From Eledone cirrhosa (lineage: Eukaryota): DNA of 64,000 nucleotides. Positions 16,618 to 30,906 of this stretch are shown here, piece by piece. The notes below the pieces were generated by a model. That model was not told where the DNA came from. It saw only the letters and a list, made by a program, of their open reading frames with translations, and ran no database searches. Each line of letters begins with the position of its first letter. Positions within the stretch are counted from its first letter, which is position 1. The DNA lies in the NCBI GenBank assembly GCA_964016885.1, contig OZ024743.1, positions 324,012,001 to 324,076,000 on the forward strand. The letters run 5' to 3'. Position numbers and translations under genes: made by a program.

Positions 16618-19600
16618 GTCTTTCTGAGAAGATCTTGGTGAAATCTGACAAGACCAACAACCTCTATGGAGTGCAGAAAGACATGTATAATGGCCTCATA
16701 CTGAAAGAGCTGAGGAAAAAGTACAAGGTAGCAGATAAGGCCGAACTTGAGAAAATGAATGTCGAAGCATCTTGTATAATGCACGAGTTGGAAATTGAGA
16801 ACAGAACACAACCTTTCGTGCCCAGGAAACCGAAGATCAATATGAAAGATCACAAGAGGAATTTTGAAAATGACCTGCCAGTTAGATTGATCGCACCATC
16901 AAAATCGGACCTGGGCAAATTAAGCAAAAACATTCTTGACAGGGTGATACAGCAAATTAAGAACTTGGATTGTTTATCTAACCTGAGCTTGTGGAAGGGA
17001 ACTGGAGAGGTTGTTGAGTGGTTTAAGCAAATTAAATATAACAATAATAATAAGTTTATTCAACTTGATATAGCTAACTATTATTCTTCTATTACCCTAA
17101 TCTACTAAATAAGGCACTAAATTACGCATTCAAACATACTGACCTAACTAGCAATGAAATGCATATTATATTATCGGCTAGGAAAACTTTGATAGAATTT
17201 AATGACAAACTATGGACCAGAGCAGATAGAGATAGCAATTTTGACATAACTATGAGATCATCCGACTCAGCTCAGGTAACTGACCTTGTGGGCTTATTTT
17301 TAATCAATTCGCTACATAGGAAAATACCTGGTACTACGGAGGTTTATATAGAGATGACATGCTTTTACTTATTGATAATAATAACCCTGAACTAAATAGA
17401 AAATGTAAACAAATTACACAATTTTTTAATTACTTTAATCTTAAAATAGAAATTGAGAACAACCATAGAATAGTCAATTTCCTAGATATAACATTAAATC
17501 TCAACACATGTCTTCACTATCCTTTTCACAAGTTGAATGAAAACTTAAACTATGTCAACTTTAACTCTAACCACCCCAGATCTGTCAAAACACTATAGTA
17601 AACTCTGTTTAAAAACGTATCTCTAGGATCTCGTCGAATAGAAAGATTTTCGACGAAAAAGCCCAATACTATAATGAAGCATTAGCTAGAGCAGGATATG
17701 CTGATAAGATTGTGTACATAGATAATGATAGACAAACTAAACAAAGTAACAACTTTTTTAATTACGGCAACAACCTTAACAACTATAATAGAAAGCATTA
17801 CAATAATTCCAAAGGCCAAAAAAGAAATAGAACTAGGAACATAATTTGGTTTGCCCCCCCTTTCTCACTAAACATTAAAACCCACATCGCTAAACTATTT
17901 TTCAAAGCTCTTGATAATCGCTTCCCTAGAACACATAGGTATCACTCAATTTTCAATAGACATACAATAAAATTAACCTACTCATCCACCAAAAATTTAG
18001 CACAAAATATTAATAGAATAAATAATAGGAACTTAAAAACCTAGTGATAATAGCATAAATAATATACAAGTTAACAAATGTAACTGTAGAGATAGATCTA
18101 AATGTCCGTTAAATAACAACTGCTTAGTTAAAAATATAGTATACAATTGTAATGTTAATACTGACTCTAATTCTTTTAACTACGTCGGTTCCACATCGAC
18201 GGAATTTAAACTTCGCTATAATAACCACAAGAATTCTTTCACAGATCCAAGCAAAAAATCTTCAACGGCACTATCAGGCGTACTCTGGCAACTTAAGCTA
18301 GATAACGTTAGATATTCGACGGCTAGGAATATAGTCTCAAGAGGATTCCTTTTAATTCATCCTCTGAGACATGTGACCTCTGCGCAGAGGAGATATTCTT
18401 TATACTAAAATCTAAAAATTCCTTAATCTACGGACAAATTTATTCAGTTGTTGCAAACATAGATTAAACTCAACGTTTAAATATAAATTTAAATTAAAAT
18501 GTAGTATATTTAGTTTGATTTATATTTATTTGGGAAACTAGCCGATAAATCTTTGATTCCTTCTTTTTATTCTTTTTTTATTTTTTATTTTATTTTATTT
18601 TATTTTATTTTTATTTAAACATTCCTCATGAAAAATTAAGCTACCCTAAAAGCTGATGCTCCAAATATTTCGAATAAACGTTACACTAGATAAACTTCTA
18701 TATTAAATATAAGAACACATGTAGACCAAATTGGGCATCCTAAACTTTTTGAAATGATCTTTGCTAGATGTGATTTGATAGATAATTTTTTGGCTTTGTC
18801 TGTTTTTCGACTCTGATGCTTATAATGAACTTGGCAATATATTGTCAATTAATTTTGAAGGGTTGATCTTTGTGGTTTATTTTTATTTTTTATTATTGTA
18901 GTATTTTCTAATATTTTTTATTTTTAATATTTTTAATATGTAAATTTTTTAATATGTAATATTTTTAATATGTAATATTCTTTCGTAATATTTTTTAGTT
19001 TTCTATTTTATTATTACTTATTATTATTATTGTTATTTTTTAGTTTTGTTTCTGATATATATTTTTATTAGTATATTGAAATCTGCTCTCTATTTCTGCT
19101 TGATAGATAATCTTGTAGAGTAAAGACAGGAATAATAATACACATATATGTATACTCATATTTTTATACCACATTGAGAATGTTTTCCGTGAACTTAGGG
19201 TTTGCAGAGTTGATCATGTAGATTCACATGGATGTTTGTAGCTATCACATAAACATATGGATTTTTTTAAAAAACTAAACATAAGATCATTAATTTTCAC
19301 ACACTATGGATACTTGTCTCATTCAGGAATACTGATATTTACAATATAGTGGATGTTTTATAAATACTAATACCTCTACGTTAAAACATAGGGTTTTACG
19401 CCTCGCATATATCTGGTTATTTTTAAACTTTTTCTCTCGCTATATTTTTTCTCTCTATATTTTTTTTTCTCTATACATATCTCTCCCTTACATTAATACT
19501 AGAGCTAAATAAATAAATAAATAAATAAATGTATCATTGATACATTTACTCAACAGACCTCCCACTACCTAATTTTCTATATATATATGTATCTATCTCT

Positions 19601-19964
19601 ATTTCCTCTCTCTCTATATATATATATCTCTTTCTGTTTCTTTACATGAAGTTCTTCTCTTTATCTATCTTTCCATCTCTCTATTTTGTTCAATGCATTT
19701 CTTCTTTTTCTTCCTTTTCTTCGTTTTCTGTCTTTCTTTCTTTTTTCTCTCTTTCTTTCTCTCTGTGTACAATTTTTTCACTGCCAAATCAACCTCTTCA
19801 AATGCAAGTCGATGTTGTTACGGTATGTCGAATCTATTTATCTATAAAACTGTTTATATTGTATTTTGTCTGAGGAAGGCATAGCATATTGTTAATATGA
19901 TATCCCTGAAAAATATATAATGAAATAAATATGGTTTTATAAATATAGTTTCCATTTATTTAAT

Positions 19965-19968
<4 letters not shown>
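16618..19968 (+). mobile_element. Penelope-like element, Naiad-type (RT + C-terminal GIY-YIG), 5'-truncated and decayed, with long AT-rich 3'UTR
   Basis: [79 protein letters not shown] and CDLC in broken frames 16620-18480; both ends in TA tracts. Confidence 0.9.
19862..19927 (+). ncRNA. Degenerate hammerhead at the 3' end of the Penelope-like element
   Basis: Stem I UAUUUUGU/AUGAAAUA; CUGAGGA; stem II AGG/CCU; GAAAA-AUAU-AUA (stem III pair lost). Confidence 0.55.
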
Positions 19969-20628
<660 letters not shown>

Positions 20629-23600
20629 TTTTCCCAGCCAGCCATCCACCTAATCTACGAAGGTATTTTAGCCTACATATTGTCGTTAATATTATGATGT
20701 TCCCTGCTGTATTAGCGTTAATTTTCCCTGCTGTATTAGCGATAAATTTTCGAGGGTTTCTCTTAGTAGCTTTTTTCATGACGTTATTATTGTTAATTTT
20801 ACTGATGTAGTATTAACTTGGATATTTACCATGCGACCCTCAGTTCCTACCTCACAATTTCCCTCCCCCCACCCCCACACACCACCATAGTCTATTCGAC
20901 CAATCAAACCTAGCATGCCATTTCCACTGCTGCTGCTGCTACTACCTGCCTAACTAACTCTCTCCTCCTCTGGCGCATCCCAACACACCCTGCCATTACC
21001 CCACCACCACTGTCCTTCTAGCCCTCAATTTTCCCACCGTTAGGGATGGATGAGCTGGGAATACACGAGCAACTCTGAATCAATAGATGAAATATGAATC
21101 TGCGAGCTACCAAGCACCCACGTGAAGCGCCAACCCAGAGACCCTCCCCTACGAGTGTCGACAAATGCCCAAAACTCCGAGTTGGTACCATCAATGTAGG
21201 CTCAATGAAAGGAAGAGCAGGAGAAATCGTAGAAATGCTAGAGCGAAAGGAAGTTGATGTATGCTGTGTGCAAGAGACTAGATGGAGAGGAGGGTCTGCT
21301 AGAGTCCTTGTAGGAAAAAGCCAGTGCTACAAATTTTTCTGGGTGGGAAATGACGATGGGATGGGGTGGTGTAGTATACTATTAGCTGACAAGTGGGTAG
21401 ATAAAGTAATCTCAGTGTACAGGGTAAATGCAAGAATCATTAAACTCAGACTAGTCCTGAATAAGACAATTACCACAATAATATCAGCTTACGCACCCAA
21501 TCGGGGCTGCCAGACGAACTTAAGGATAGGTTTTACGAGTCCCTAATACACACTACTGCTCTAACAGACGACAAGGACTTCCTAATCATTGCAGGAGATT
21601 TTAACGGACACGTAGGTAAACACTGCGACGGCTTCAATAGAGTACATGGAGGCCATGGAGTTGGCACAAGGAATGAGGAAGGATTCAGACTTCTAGAATT
21701 CTGCGACGCCAATGACATGTCGATATGTAACACAAACTTTAAAAAACCGACAACCACCTGATCACCTATAGATCAGGGGAGCACTCTAGTCAGTTAGATT
21801 TTATCCTCATCAGAGGACGTGACAGATGGACGGTCGTAAACACAAAAGCCTTCCCTAGTGAGGAATGTACATCCCAACATAGCTTAGTTGTCAGCGACCT
21901 CACGGTCAGAACTAGGCGAGCCCTGAAACAGAGGCCAACCTGGAGAAGAAAGATCTGGAAGCTGAAAGTCCCCTCAACCAGTAACAGATTTAAAGATATT
22001 TTACTCAACGCCTACGACAGTAAAGAAGAACAGATAGAGACATTTAACGTAGAAGAGAACTGGGAGTTCCTAAAAAATAACTTACTAGAGGCGACGGATG
22101 AGGTTTGTGGCTGGAGTAAGACCTCAAGCAGGAGGAGAGTGACTTGGTGGTGGAACAATAAGGTAGATGAAGCAGTCAAGGCCAAGAGACAGGCATGGAA
22201 AGAATGGAAGAACGGGGGGAGCAGGGTACATTACATAGAGACCAAGAGGGAAGCTAGGCGACAAGTATACTTAGCTAGGAGGGAAGCAGAGGATAGAAAA
22301 TTCAAGCATGTTTACAACGTGAGGACCAGAAACAGGAGGTATTCAAGATTGCGAGGCAGTGTGTCAGAGATAGTTGTGATGTCATTGGAGAGAAGTGTAT
22401 CCGAATGATAAAGGTGAGCTTGCCCTCACAAGTGCTGAGAAGAAAGATGCATGGAAGAGTCATTATGATAGATTACTAAATGAGGAGAATGCATGGGAAG
22501 AAGAGACCCTACCCCACGTAGACCCTATAGAGGGACCAGCAGTACAAGTCAGCGGCAGCGTAGTAAGTAAGGCAATCAGAGATATGAAGATAGGGAAGGC
22601 AACCGGTCCATCGGGTATAGCTGCCGAGATGCTGAAGGCATCTGGGTCTGTAGGTCACACTATAACCACACGTATCGTTAACCAGGTAATACTAGAGGGG
22701 GCCATACCAAAAGATTGGTGCAGTAGCATCATTGTCAACTGCTACAAAGGTAAAGGGCGATGCACTAGATAGAGGAAACTATAGAGGTATAAAGTTGATG
22801 GACCAGGTCATGAAAGTAACAGAAAGAGTTATAGCACAGCTGATTAGGGACCGGGTGAATATAGACGAGATGCAATTTGGTTTGTTCCAGGAAAGGCACC
22901 ACTGATGCGCTCTTCCTTGTGAGGCAATTACAGGAAAAGTACCTAGCTAAAAGTAAGCCACTCTACTTGGCATTTGTCGTCTACTTGGCATTTGTCGACC
23001 TTGAGAAAGCCTTTGACAGAGTTCCACGTGCAGTAATCTGGTGGGCTCTTAGAAAACTAGGAGTAGATGAATGGCTTGTGAAAGCGGTACAAGCCATGTA
23101 TAGGGGAGCAGTCAGCAAAGTTAGGATTGGCAATGAGTATAGCGAGGAATTTAGCGTACAGGTTGGGGTCCACCAGGGCTCTGTTCTTAGCCCTCTCCTG
23201 TTCATCATAGTCCTGCAGGCAATAACGGAGGAGTTTAAGACCGGATGCCCATGGGAACTCCTGTATGCTGATGACCTCGCACTCATAGCTGAATCTATGG
23301 TAGAACTAGAGAATAAATTCCAAACCTGGAAGCAGGGACTAGAGAGAAAGGGCCTCAAAGTCAACATGACAAAGACTAAGGTCCTTATAAGTAGACGAGA
23401 AAACAGAACCCAGATCCCCTCAGGGAAATGGCCTTGCTCAGTATGTAGGAAAGGTGTAGGTAGGAACTCCATTCTTTGCCCCAAATGCAAACAATGGGTA
23501 CACAAGAGATGTAGCGGGATCTCGGGAAGCTTAATTAAGAATGTAGGATTCACATGCAGCAGCTGTGCTGAAACAGCAAGCAAACAGCCACAGGAAACAA

Positions 23601-24530
23601 GTACCACCAATCTCTGGGAGGGCCCTGTAGAAACAGTAGACAGCTTCTGCTACCTAGGTGACCGAATTAGCAACGGAGGTGGGTGCTCAGAAAGTACAAT
23701 AACTAGGGTAAGAACGGGATGGAAGAAGTTTAGGGAACTACTACCACTGCTAGCTGCAAAAGGCTTCTCCCTCAGAATGAAAGGCAGACTGTATGATGCG
23801 TGTATCCGAACAGCGATGTTGCATGGTAGTGAGACCTGGGCGCTGAAGGTGGAAGACTTACGTAGATTAGAGAGAAACGAAGCCTGCATGCTCCGATGGA
23901 TGTGTAACAGTAATATACGTGAACGACAAAGCATAAATGAATTGAGAGAGAGACTGAGCATAAGAGGAATCAAATGCTGCGTGCAGGAGAGGCGGTTACG
24001 CTGGTATGGACATGTGATGCGTATGAAGGATGACAGCTGCATAAAAAGGTGCAGAGCACTAGAAGTTGATGGAAACCGCGGAGTGGGGAGACCCAAGATG
24101 ACTTGGGATGAGGTGATAAAAGCCGACCTTACCCAACTACACCTCTCAAAGTCAATGACACACGACCGTGACTTCTGGCGTCACGCAGTAATACAGGGTA
24201 CCCGACCTCCCATGGGTACATGCTGAAGCATATAAACAATATGCCCCCCCCCCCCCACCGCAAGGTGGTCGTGGAGGTGCCACGGCAAAAAAGCACCCAG
24301 CCCACACTGTAAAGTGGACGTGTAGGCGCCACGAAAAAACACCCAGCACTCACTGTAAATGAGGTTGGTGTTAGGAAGGGCATCCAGCTGTAGAAATCAA
24401 GCCAGATCAGTTCCTGTATGAGCAAGGCATGGTCAGCCGACCAGACACTGCCCACAACAGGACAACCCGTCTAACCCATGCTAGCGTGGAAGAACGGACG
24501 TAAAACGGTGATGATGATGATGATGATGAT
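20629..24530 (+). mobile_element. Near full-length RTE-clade LINE (APE endonuclease + RT + PHD-like finger), frameshifted
   Basis: APE motifs GTINVGSM, VQETRW, SAYAP, AGDFNGHVG and QLDFIL from 21094; RT motifs in 22877-24226; 3'UTR ends in (GAT)n at 24530; the 5' boundary is assumed at the TA tract. Confidence 0.93.
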
Positions 24531-25170
<640 letters not shown>

Positions 25171-25810
25171 ACGGAGTAGGCAGACCCAGAAAAACATGGG
25201 ACGAGCTGATAAATTCCGACCTCACACGCTTACACCTCTCCAAGACAATGTCACTGGACCGAGACCTTTGGCGGTACTCAGTAATAGAGAAGACCCGCCT
25301 TACCTAAATACAAAGTAAAAACCTACTACAGTCAGTAGGCATCTCTATCAAAACACACCCCCGTCCCACCACCTCCACCCCACCCACACCGCCCCTTTCA
25401 ATGTAAAGTTATGTTGGTCCCACAACATCCAGGCCGAAACAAATGAGATCGTGTAGGTGTCACGACAAAAAACACACAGTCCACGCTGTAAATGTGGCCG
25501 TGTAGGCAACACGGTAAAAACCTCCCAGCCCCACACTGTAAATGTGGTTGGTGTTAGGAAGGGCATCCAGCTGTAGAAAACCCGCCAGACAGTCCACGCT
25601 GTAATGTGGCCGTGTAGGCAACACGGTAAAAACCTCCCAGCCCCACACTGTAAATGTGGTTGGTGTTAGGAAGGGCATCCAACTGTAGAAAACCCGCCAG
25701 ACAGTCCTATGCGAGCAAGACAACCACTCTTGCCTCAAGTGGGAAAACCCCCGTCCAAACCCATGCAAGCATGGAACACGGACGCTAAACCTGATGATGA
25801 TGATGATGAT
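25171..25810 (+). mobile_element. 5'-truncated RTE (ORF end + 3'UTR with a 113-bp internal duplication)
   Basis: [16 protein letters not shown]; the UTR matches the reverse complement of 669-1060; duplicated block starts at about 25477 and 25590. Confidence 0.9.
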
Positions 25811-25874
25811 ATACATATACATATATATATATACATACATACATATATACACATATATATATTTACATATATAT

Positions 25875-25920
<46 letters not shown>

Positions 25921-25922
<2 letters not shown>

Positions 25923-26475
25923 CATCATCATCATTTAACGTGTATCTTCCATGCTAGCATGGGTTTAGACGGGAATTGTCCCATTTGAGCCAAGGTTGGT
26001 CGTCTCACTCATATGGGACTGTCTGGCAGATTCTCTACGGCTGGATGCCCTTCCTAACACCAACCACGCTTACAGTGTGGACTGGGAGGTTTTTACTGTG
26101 TTACCTACACGGCCACATTACAGCATGGACTGTGTGTTTTTTTTTGTCATGACACCTATACGTCCTCATTTATATAGGTCTGGATGTTGTGGTACCAACA
26201 TAACTTTACAGAGGAAGGGGTGGTGTTGATGGGGGTGGGGGAGTTGGGGGAGTGGGAGGGGGGTGTATAATTGATTAAGAGGTGCCTACCGCTTTGTATT
26301 TAGGCAAGGTGTGTTTTCTGTATTACTGCGTGGCGCCAAAGATCTCGGTCCAGAGACATTGTCTTGGAGAGGTGTAAGTGTGTACGGTCGGAATTTATCA
26401 AATCATCCCAGGTTTTTCTGGGTCTGCCTACTCCGTAACTTCCGTCAATTTTGATCGCCCTGCACTTTTTTATAC
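25921..26475 (-). mobile_element. 5'-truncated RTE (ORF end + 3'UTR)
   Basis: [23 protein letters not shown]; (ATC)n tail at 25921. Confidence 0.9.
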
Positions 26476-26574
26476 AGTACATATATATATACATATATAT
26501 ATATATACACATATATATATATATATACATATATATATACATATATATATACACATTTATATATACATATATAT

Positions 26575-26899
26575 AAAGCGAAACCTACAGTCAGTAGGCA
26601 CCTCTTAACAAAAATACACCCCCGCCCACTACCCCCACCCCATCCACACCACCCATTTCGATGTAAAGTTATGTTGGTACCACAACATCCAGTCCGAAAA
26701 AAATGAGGTCGTGTAGGTGTCACGACAAAAAAACACACAGTCCACGCTGTAATGTGGTTGGTGTTAGGAAGACCATCCAGCCGTAGAAAACCCACCAGAC
26801 AGTCCTATACGAGCAAGACAACCAATCTTGCCTCGAGTGGGAAAATTCCCGTCCAAACCCATGCAAGCGTGGACGTTAACCGATGATGATGATGATGAT
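26575..26899 (+). mobile_element. RTE 3'UTR fragment
   Basis: Matches 45055-45416; (GAT)n tail. Confidence 0.85.
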
Positions 26900-27259
26900 A
26901 CACATATATATATATACACATATATATATGAATATATATATATACATATATATACACATATATATACACATATATATATATGAATATATATATATATACA
27001 TATATATACACATATATATGCATATAAATATACATATATATATACATATATATATACATATATATATATGTGTATATATATGTATATATATACATATATA
27101 TACATATATATATATGTATATATATATGTATATATATACATATATATATATGTATATATATGTATATATATATGTATATATATACATATATATATATGTA
27201 TATAAATACATATATATACACATATATATATGCATATATATATATGTATATATATATAC

Positions 27260-27298
<39 letters not shown>

Positions 27299-27336
27299 CA
27301 TACATACATACATACATATATATATATATATACATA
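26900..27336. repeat. (TA)n microsatellite
   Basis: Read directly from the sequence. Confidence 0.96.
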
Positions 27337-27514
27337 TAATATTAAGGATACTATTTATAGTTATGTATATTTTAAACTATAAACAGGGAAGGTCAGTAAT
27401 GTATTACTACCTTATTACCAGTAAGATAAATAGCTCAATGTAATAACATCAGTTGTTCTACAGAGCAGTTATATAGAATTCACAAGAATCAAAGTTATGT
27501 TCAAAACATTTATT

Positions 27515-27561
27515 CACTTACAGTTGTTTCATCCAAACCTAGGGTTGGAGTCTTCGGAGCA
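27515..27561 (-). ncRNA. Slightly degenerate type I hammerhead (pLTR remnant)
   Basis: Reverse complement reads UGCU-CCGAAGA-C-UCCAA..UUGGA-U-GAAAC-AACU-GUA-AGUG; U-to-C change in the CUGA box. Confidence 0.55.
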
Positions 27562-28811
27562 TTTTTTAATGCTTGTACATATAATTGACCTACTATCCAA
27601 CGCAAGAGACATACAGATACATATATATATATTGATGTACAGTGGAGTGACATATATTATACTATACTATATTTGTATAGCAATTCAAATTTAGAATCAA
27701 AATTACAATTAAAATACATGCGGCAGGTAACACAGATAATGCAAGAGAATAGTCAGATAATCAGATCTAGTAGATGGTGTACGCATTAGATGAAATATGT
27801 AGATATGCCTAATATGTGACAAAAATATTGATGGCAAAATGGGGTGGGTCGCTTATATTCGAGGTCAATATTTTGCTGATTTTCACCAACTACAAAATTC
27901 TACATAAATGAGGTGCTCAAATATTTTCGCTTTTGTAAAAATTACACTAGTTTCACTTTGGAAGTGGATATTTCACTGGTTTTGCTTTTGATGTGAAATT
28001 CCTATTGCTTTGGGTATGTTTTGAATGAATATGGCCTTCAAAACGTTGAAAATTGGTAGAAATTCATTACGTAATGGAGCTGTGAAACAAAAACTATACT
28101 CTCAACGACACTTAGAACATTTTAAATATGAAAATATTAAAACTTCATAAATATATTTTCCATCCATGAGAATTTCAAAACCATATCATCTAAATATGTT
28201 CATTACTTGCCTTGGTTTAAATTTTTACCTATTTCACAGATATAAAATAGAAATCGGCTAATATTTGAGTATATACATTATGTTCAAAGATTTAAATTTA
28301 AATAGGAACCCTTTAAAATGGGGGGTTCTGTTTTATACAACTAGAATCCACTTTGGTCATGTTGGTACTGTAAGAGTTAAATGCTTAAATACACCAAAAA
28401 TTCTCCCTAAAATTCCTTGCTGTCATCAGAGCAGAATAATAGGAGTGGTTACATACTCATGGGTCTTATAAGCCATCAAATACAATAAATTTATTTTAGG
28501 CAAGGCAAACTATTAATTCTATTGGGTAGTGATGGGGTATAATCAGTTAAATCAATTTATGCTAGTATTGATTTTATCAATTTATAATGGTAAAAAAGAA
28601 AGTTGGTACCAGTAGGGTTAGATCTAAGGAAAGTGACACACTAAATAAAAACATTATTGAACAGTTAATTCATCACCATCATCTCAATCACTATTATAGG
28701 TGATTGAAATAATGAGTTATAACTTTATTCTTTTATCAGTTTAAATCATTAGATTGGGTCAGTCACTGCCTTAAAATTGATCATATCAAATTTAAGAGGA
28801 GAAAAAATATA

Positions 28812-29053
28812 GGTTAATGCTTTTGTAGTGATATTTCTAATGAAAAACATTGTCTTTAACTTTCAAATAATTTTGAAAATAATCAGGAATTTAGAGGGAT
28901 TTAGTACTATAATAAACTTTCTCATTATCAAGTTGGTGTTACAAAGTTCTTACGATGGAAGGGTTCTAGAAAAATATAAACATATAAAATAAACAGCATT
29001 GTATCATAGAACTAAGGAAGTGGCTTCAGGCAGTTTGGTAATGAAAAGGTTAA
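28812..29053. mobile_element. Decayed TTAA-ended MITE (same family as 39096-42190)
   Basis: ttaatgcttttgtagtgatatttc ... ggtaatgaaaaggttaa; internal ttcaaataattttgaaaataa is shared with the 39-kb element. Confidence 0.5.
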
Positions 29054-29559
29054 AAATAAGAACATTAAATACAATAAAAACTAGTGACACCTTCATAAAA
29101 TGACAATAAATCAGCATTTGAAAAAAAAATTGTAATTTTTCACAAAATAAGGTCTTTGAATAAAATTTAATAAAAAAATTATTTCATATTTTTTTATATG
29201 AATAAATTTTCTCTCTAAAACAATTTCTATTTCATTTAATTAGGGTGATGGGGTAGTGACTGTAAATTATAGATATGGCTTCCAAGATATTTATAAGGGC
29301 TTCATAACAAGCTTTTAAGGCCATTTTGCATGCTAATGGAAGAGTTAGCCTTATGGGCCCTATGACAGGTTTCATAATCATCATGGGATCCTTCCTTCCT
29401 GAGGTAATGTTTTATAACAAAGGGATGTGGTGTATATATTCTGACCTGGATACACATGGCATGAAATGGATCACCCATCTCTCTACAATTTGAACACATC
29501 CGATTTTTTTCCAGTGAAGGAGAGAAAGAGAGTGGAAGTAAACAAGAGATATAGTGGAA

Positions 29560-29722
29560 GAATTGACTCCAGTACTGGACTGGTACTTTTATTATCGACC
29601 ATGAAAGGATGAAGGGCAAAGTTGACCTCAACAGGATTTGAACTCAGGGTGCAGAGATCCAGAACAAATACTGCAAAGCCTTCTATCTGACGTGCTAAAA
29701 CTCTGTCATTGCATCACCTTGC
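29560..29722 (-). mobile_element. Decayed tRNA-SINE with Deu/Nin-like core
   Basis: ttttattatcgac..aaaggatgaagggcaaagttgacctc..atttgaactc (B box on the minus strand); similar fragments at about 45615-45720, 56840-56960 and 58930-59010. Confidence 0.65.
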
Positions 29723-29821
29723 TTCAATAATAGAAACATCAAAAACAACAAAAATAGACACCTCCATAAAATTTCAATAGAATCACAATACCCAGAGCGG
29801 AGCTTTTAATAGTATCTATAT

Positions 29822-30160
29822 CATCATCATCATCATCATTTTACGTCCGCTTTTCCCTGCTTGCAAGGGTGAGGCGGGAACTGATTTTGGCTTGATTTCT
29901 ACAGCTGGATGCCCTTCCTAACACCAACCTCATTTACAGTGAGTGCTGGGTGCTTTTTTGCCGTGGCACCTCCACGACCACTTTGCAGTGGAATGATAGG
30001 GACCCCAGTCCCTATCATCTCATTTCTACAGCTGAGTAAACTGGAGCAATGTGAAATAAAGTGTCTTGCTCAAGGAAACAACACATCACCCGGTCTGAGA
30101 ATTGAACTCACAACCTTTCGATTGCAAGGCCAATGCTCTAACCACTAAGCCATGTACCTT
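29822..30160 (-). mobile_element. tRNA-derived CORE-like SINE with RTE-derived 3' end
   Basis: A box TGGCTTAGTGG, B box GAGTTCAATTC, CCTTGAGCAAGACACTT core, RTE 3'UTR motif GTGTTAGGAAGGGCATCCAGCTGTAGAAA, (GAT)n tail. Confidence 0.88.
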
Positions 30161-30906
30161 CATATATATATCTTAATAGCAAGAGAATTACTGTATTTCT
30201 TTGTGTATAATATGAGTTATGTATGACCTCTGTTTCTAAATCTAAAAAACAGGAATAAATTACGTCCTTGAGTATATGACTTCAGAATACAGCTATGTCC
30301 AAGCAAAGTTTTTTGTCAAATTTTACCTTGTTGTTTATCAAAATCTCGACCTTACTCATATATATTTATATATATATATATATACTCATACAATATTCAG
30401 TTTCACATGGTGTTAAGAAGTGTAAAACCATTTTGTGCAGAAGTAGGTTTATCAACATGTTTTTTGTAATATTGCTATTTCAAAAGAATATTTATAAGAT
30501 CAGTAAACATTTTTTGAAACTATGTGCCCAATTATAATACAACCCCACCCATTTGCCCTTAATTTTAGTTAAAAAATGTTCATATTATACACAAGAAAGT
30601 ACAAGAGATTTAACAATGGAAAATTAAAAACAACAAAAACGAGACGCACCTCCATAAAATTTCGATAGAACTACAATACCAAGAGCAGGACTTTTAATAG
30701 TATATATACATATCTTAATAGCTAAAAATTGGTTTAAAAGTAGCAAGGCTAAGTAGATTATTATGGAATTATATGTAATATGAACAAATACCTTAGCAAT
30801 AGCTATGGCGTATATAACTTAATGATTTTATTCCGCACCCAGGCTGCTGCTGTTTCAGCCAAATATTAGGTTACTTCAAAAAACATTAAAACGAAATTGT
30901 TGAGAG

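Noticed and set aside
29302-29631. Possible host exon (CSNC..H..C peptide)
   Set aside because: The ORF starts in a SINE; no clear splice sites or recognisable domain
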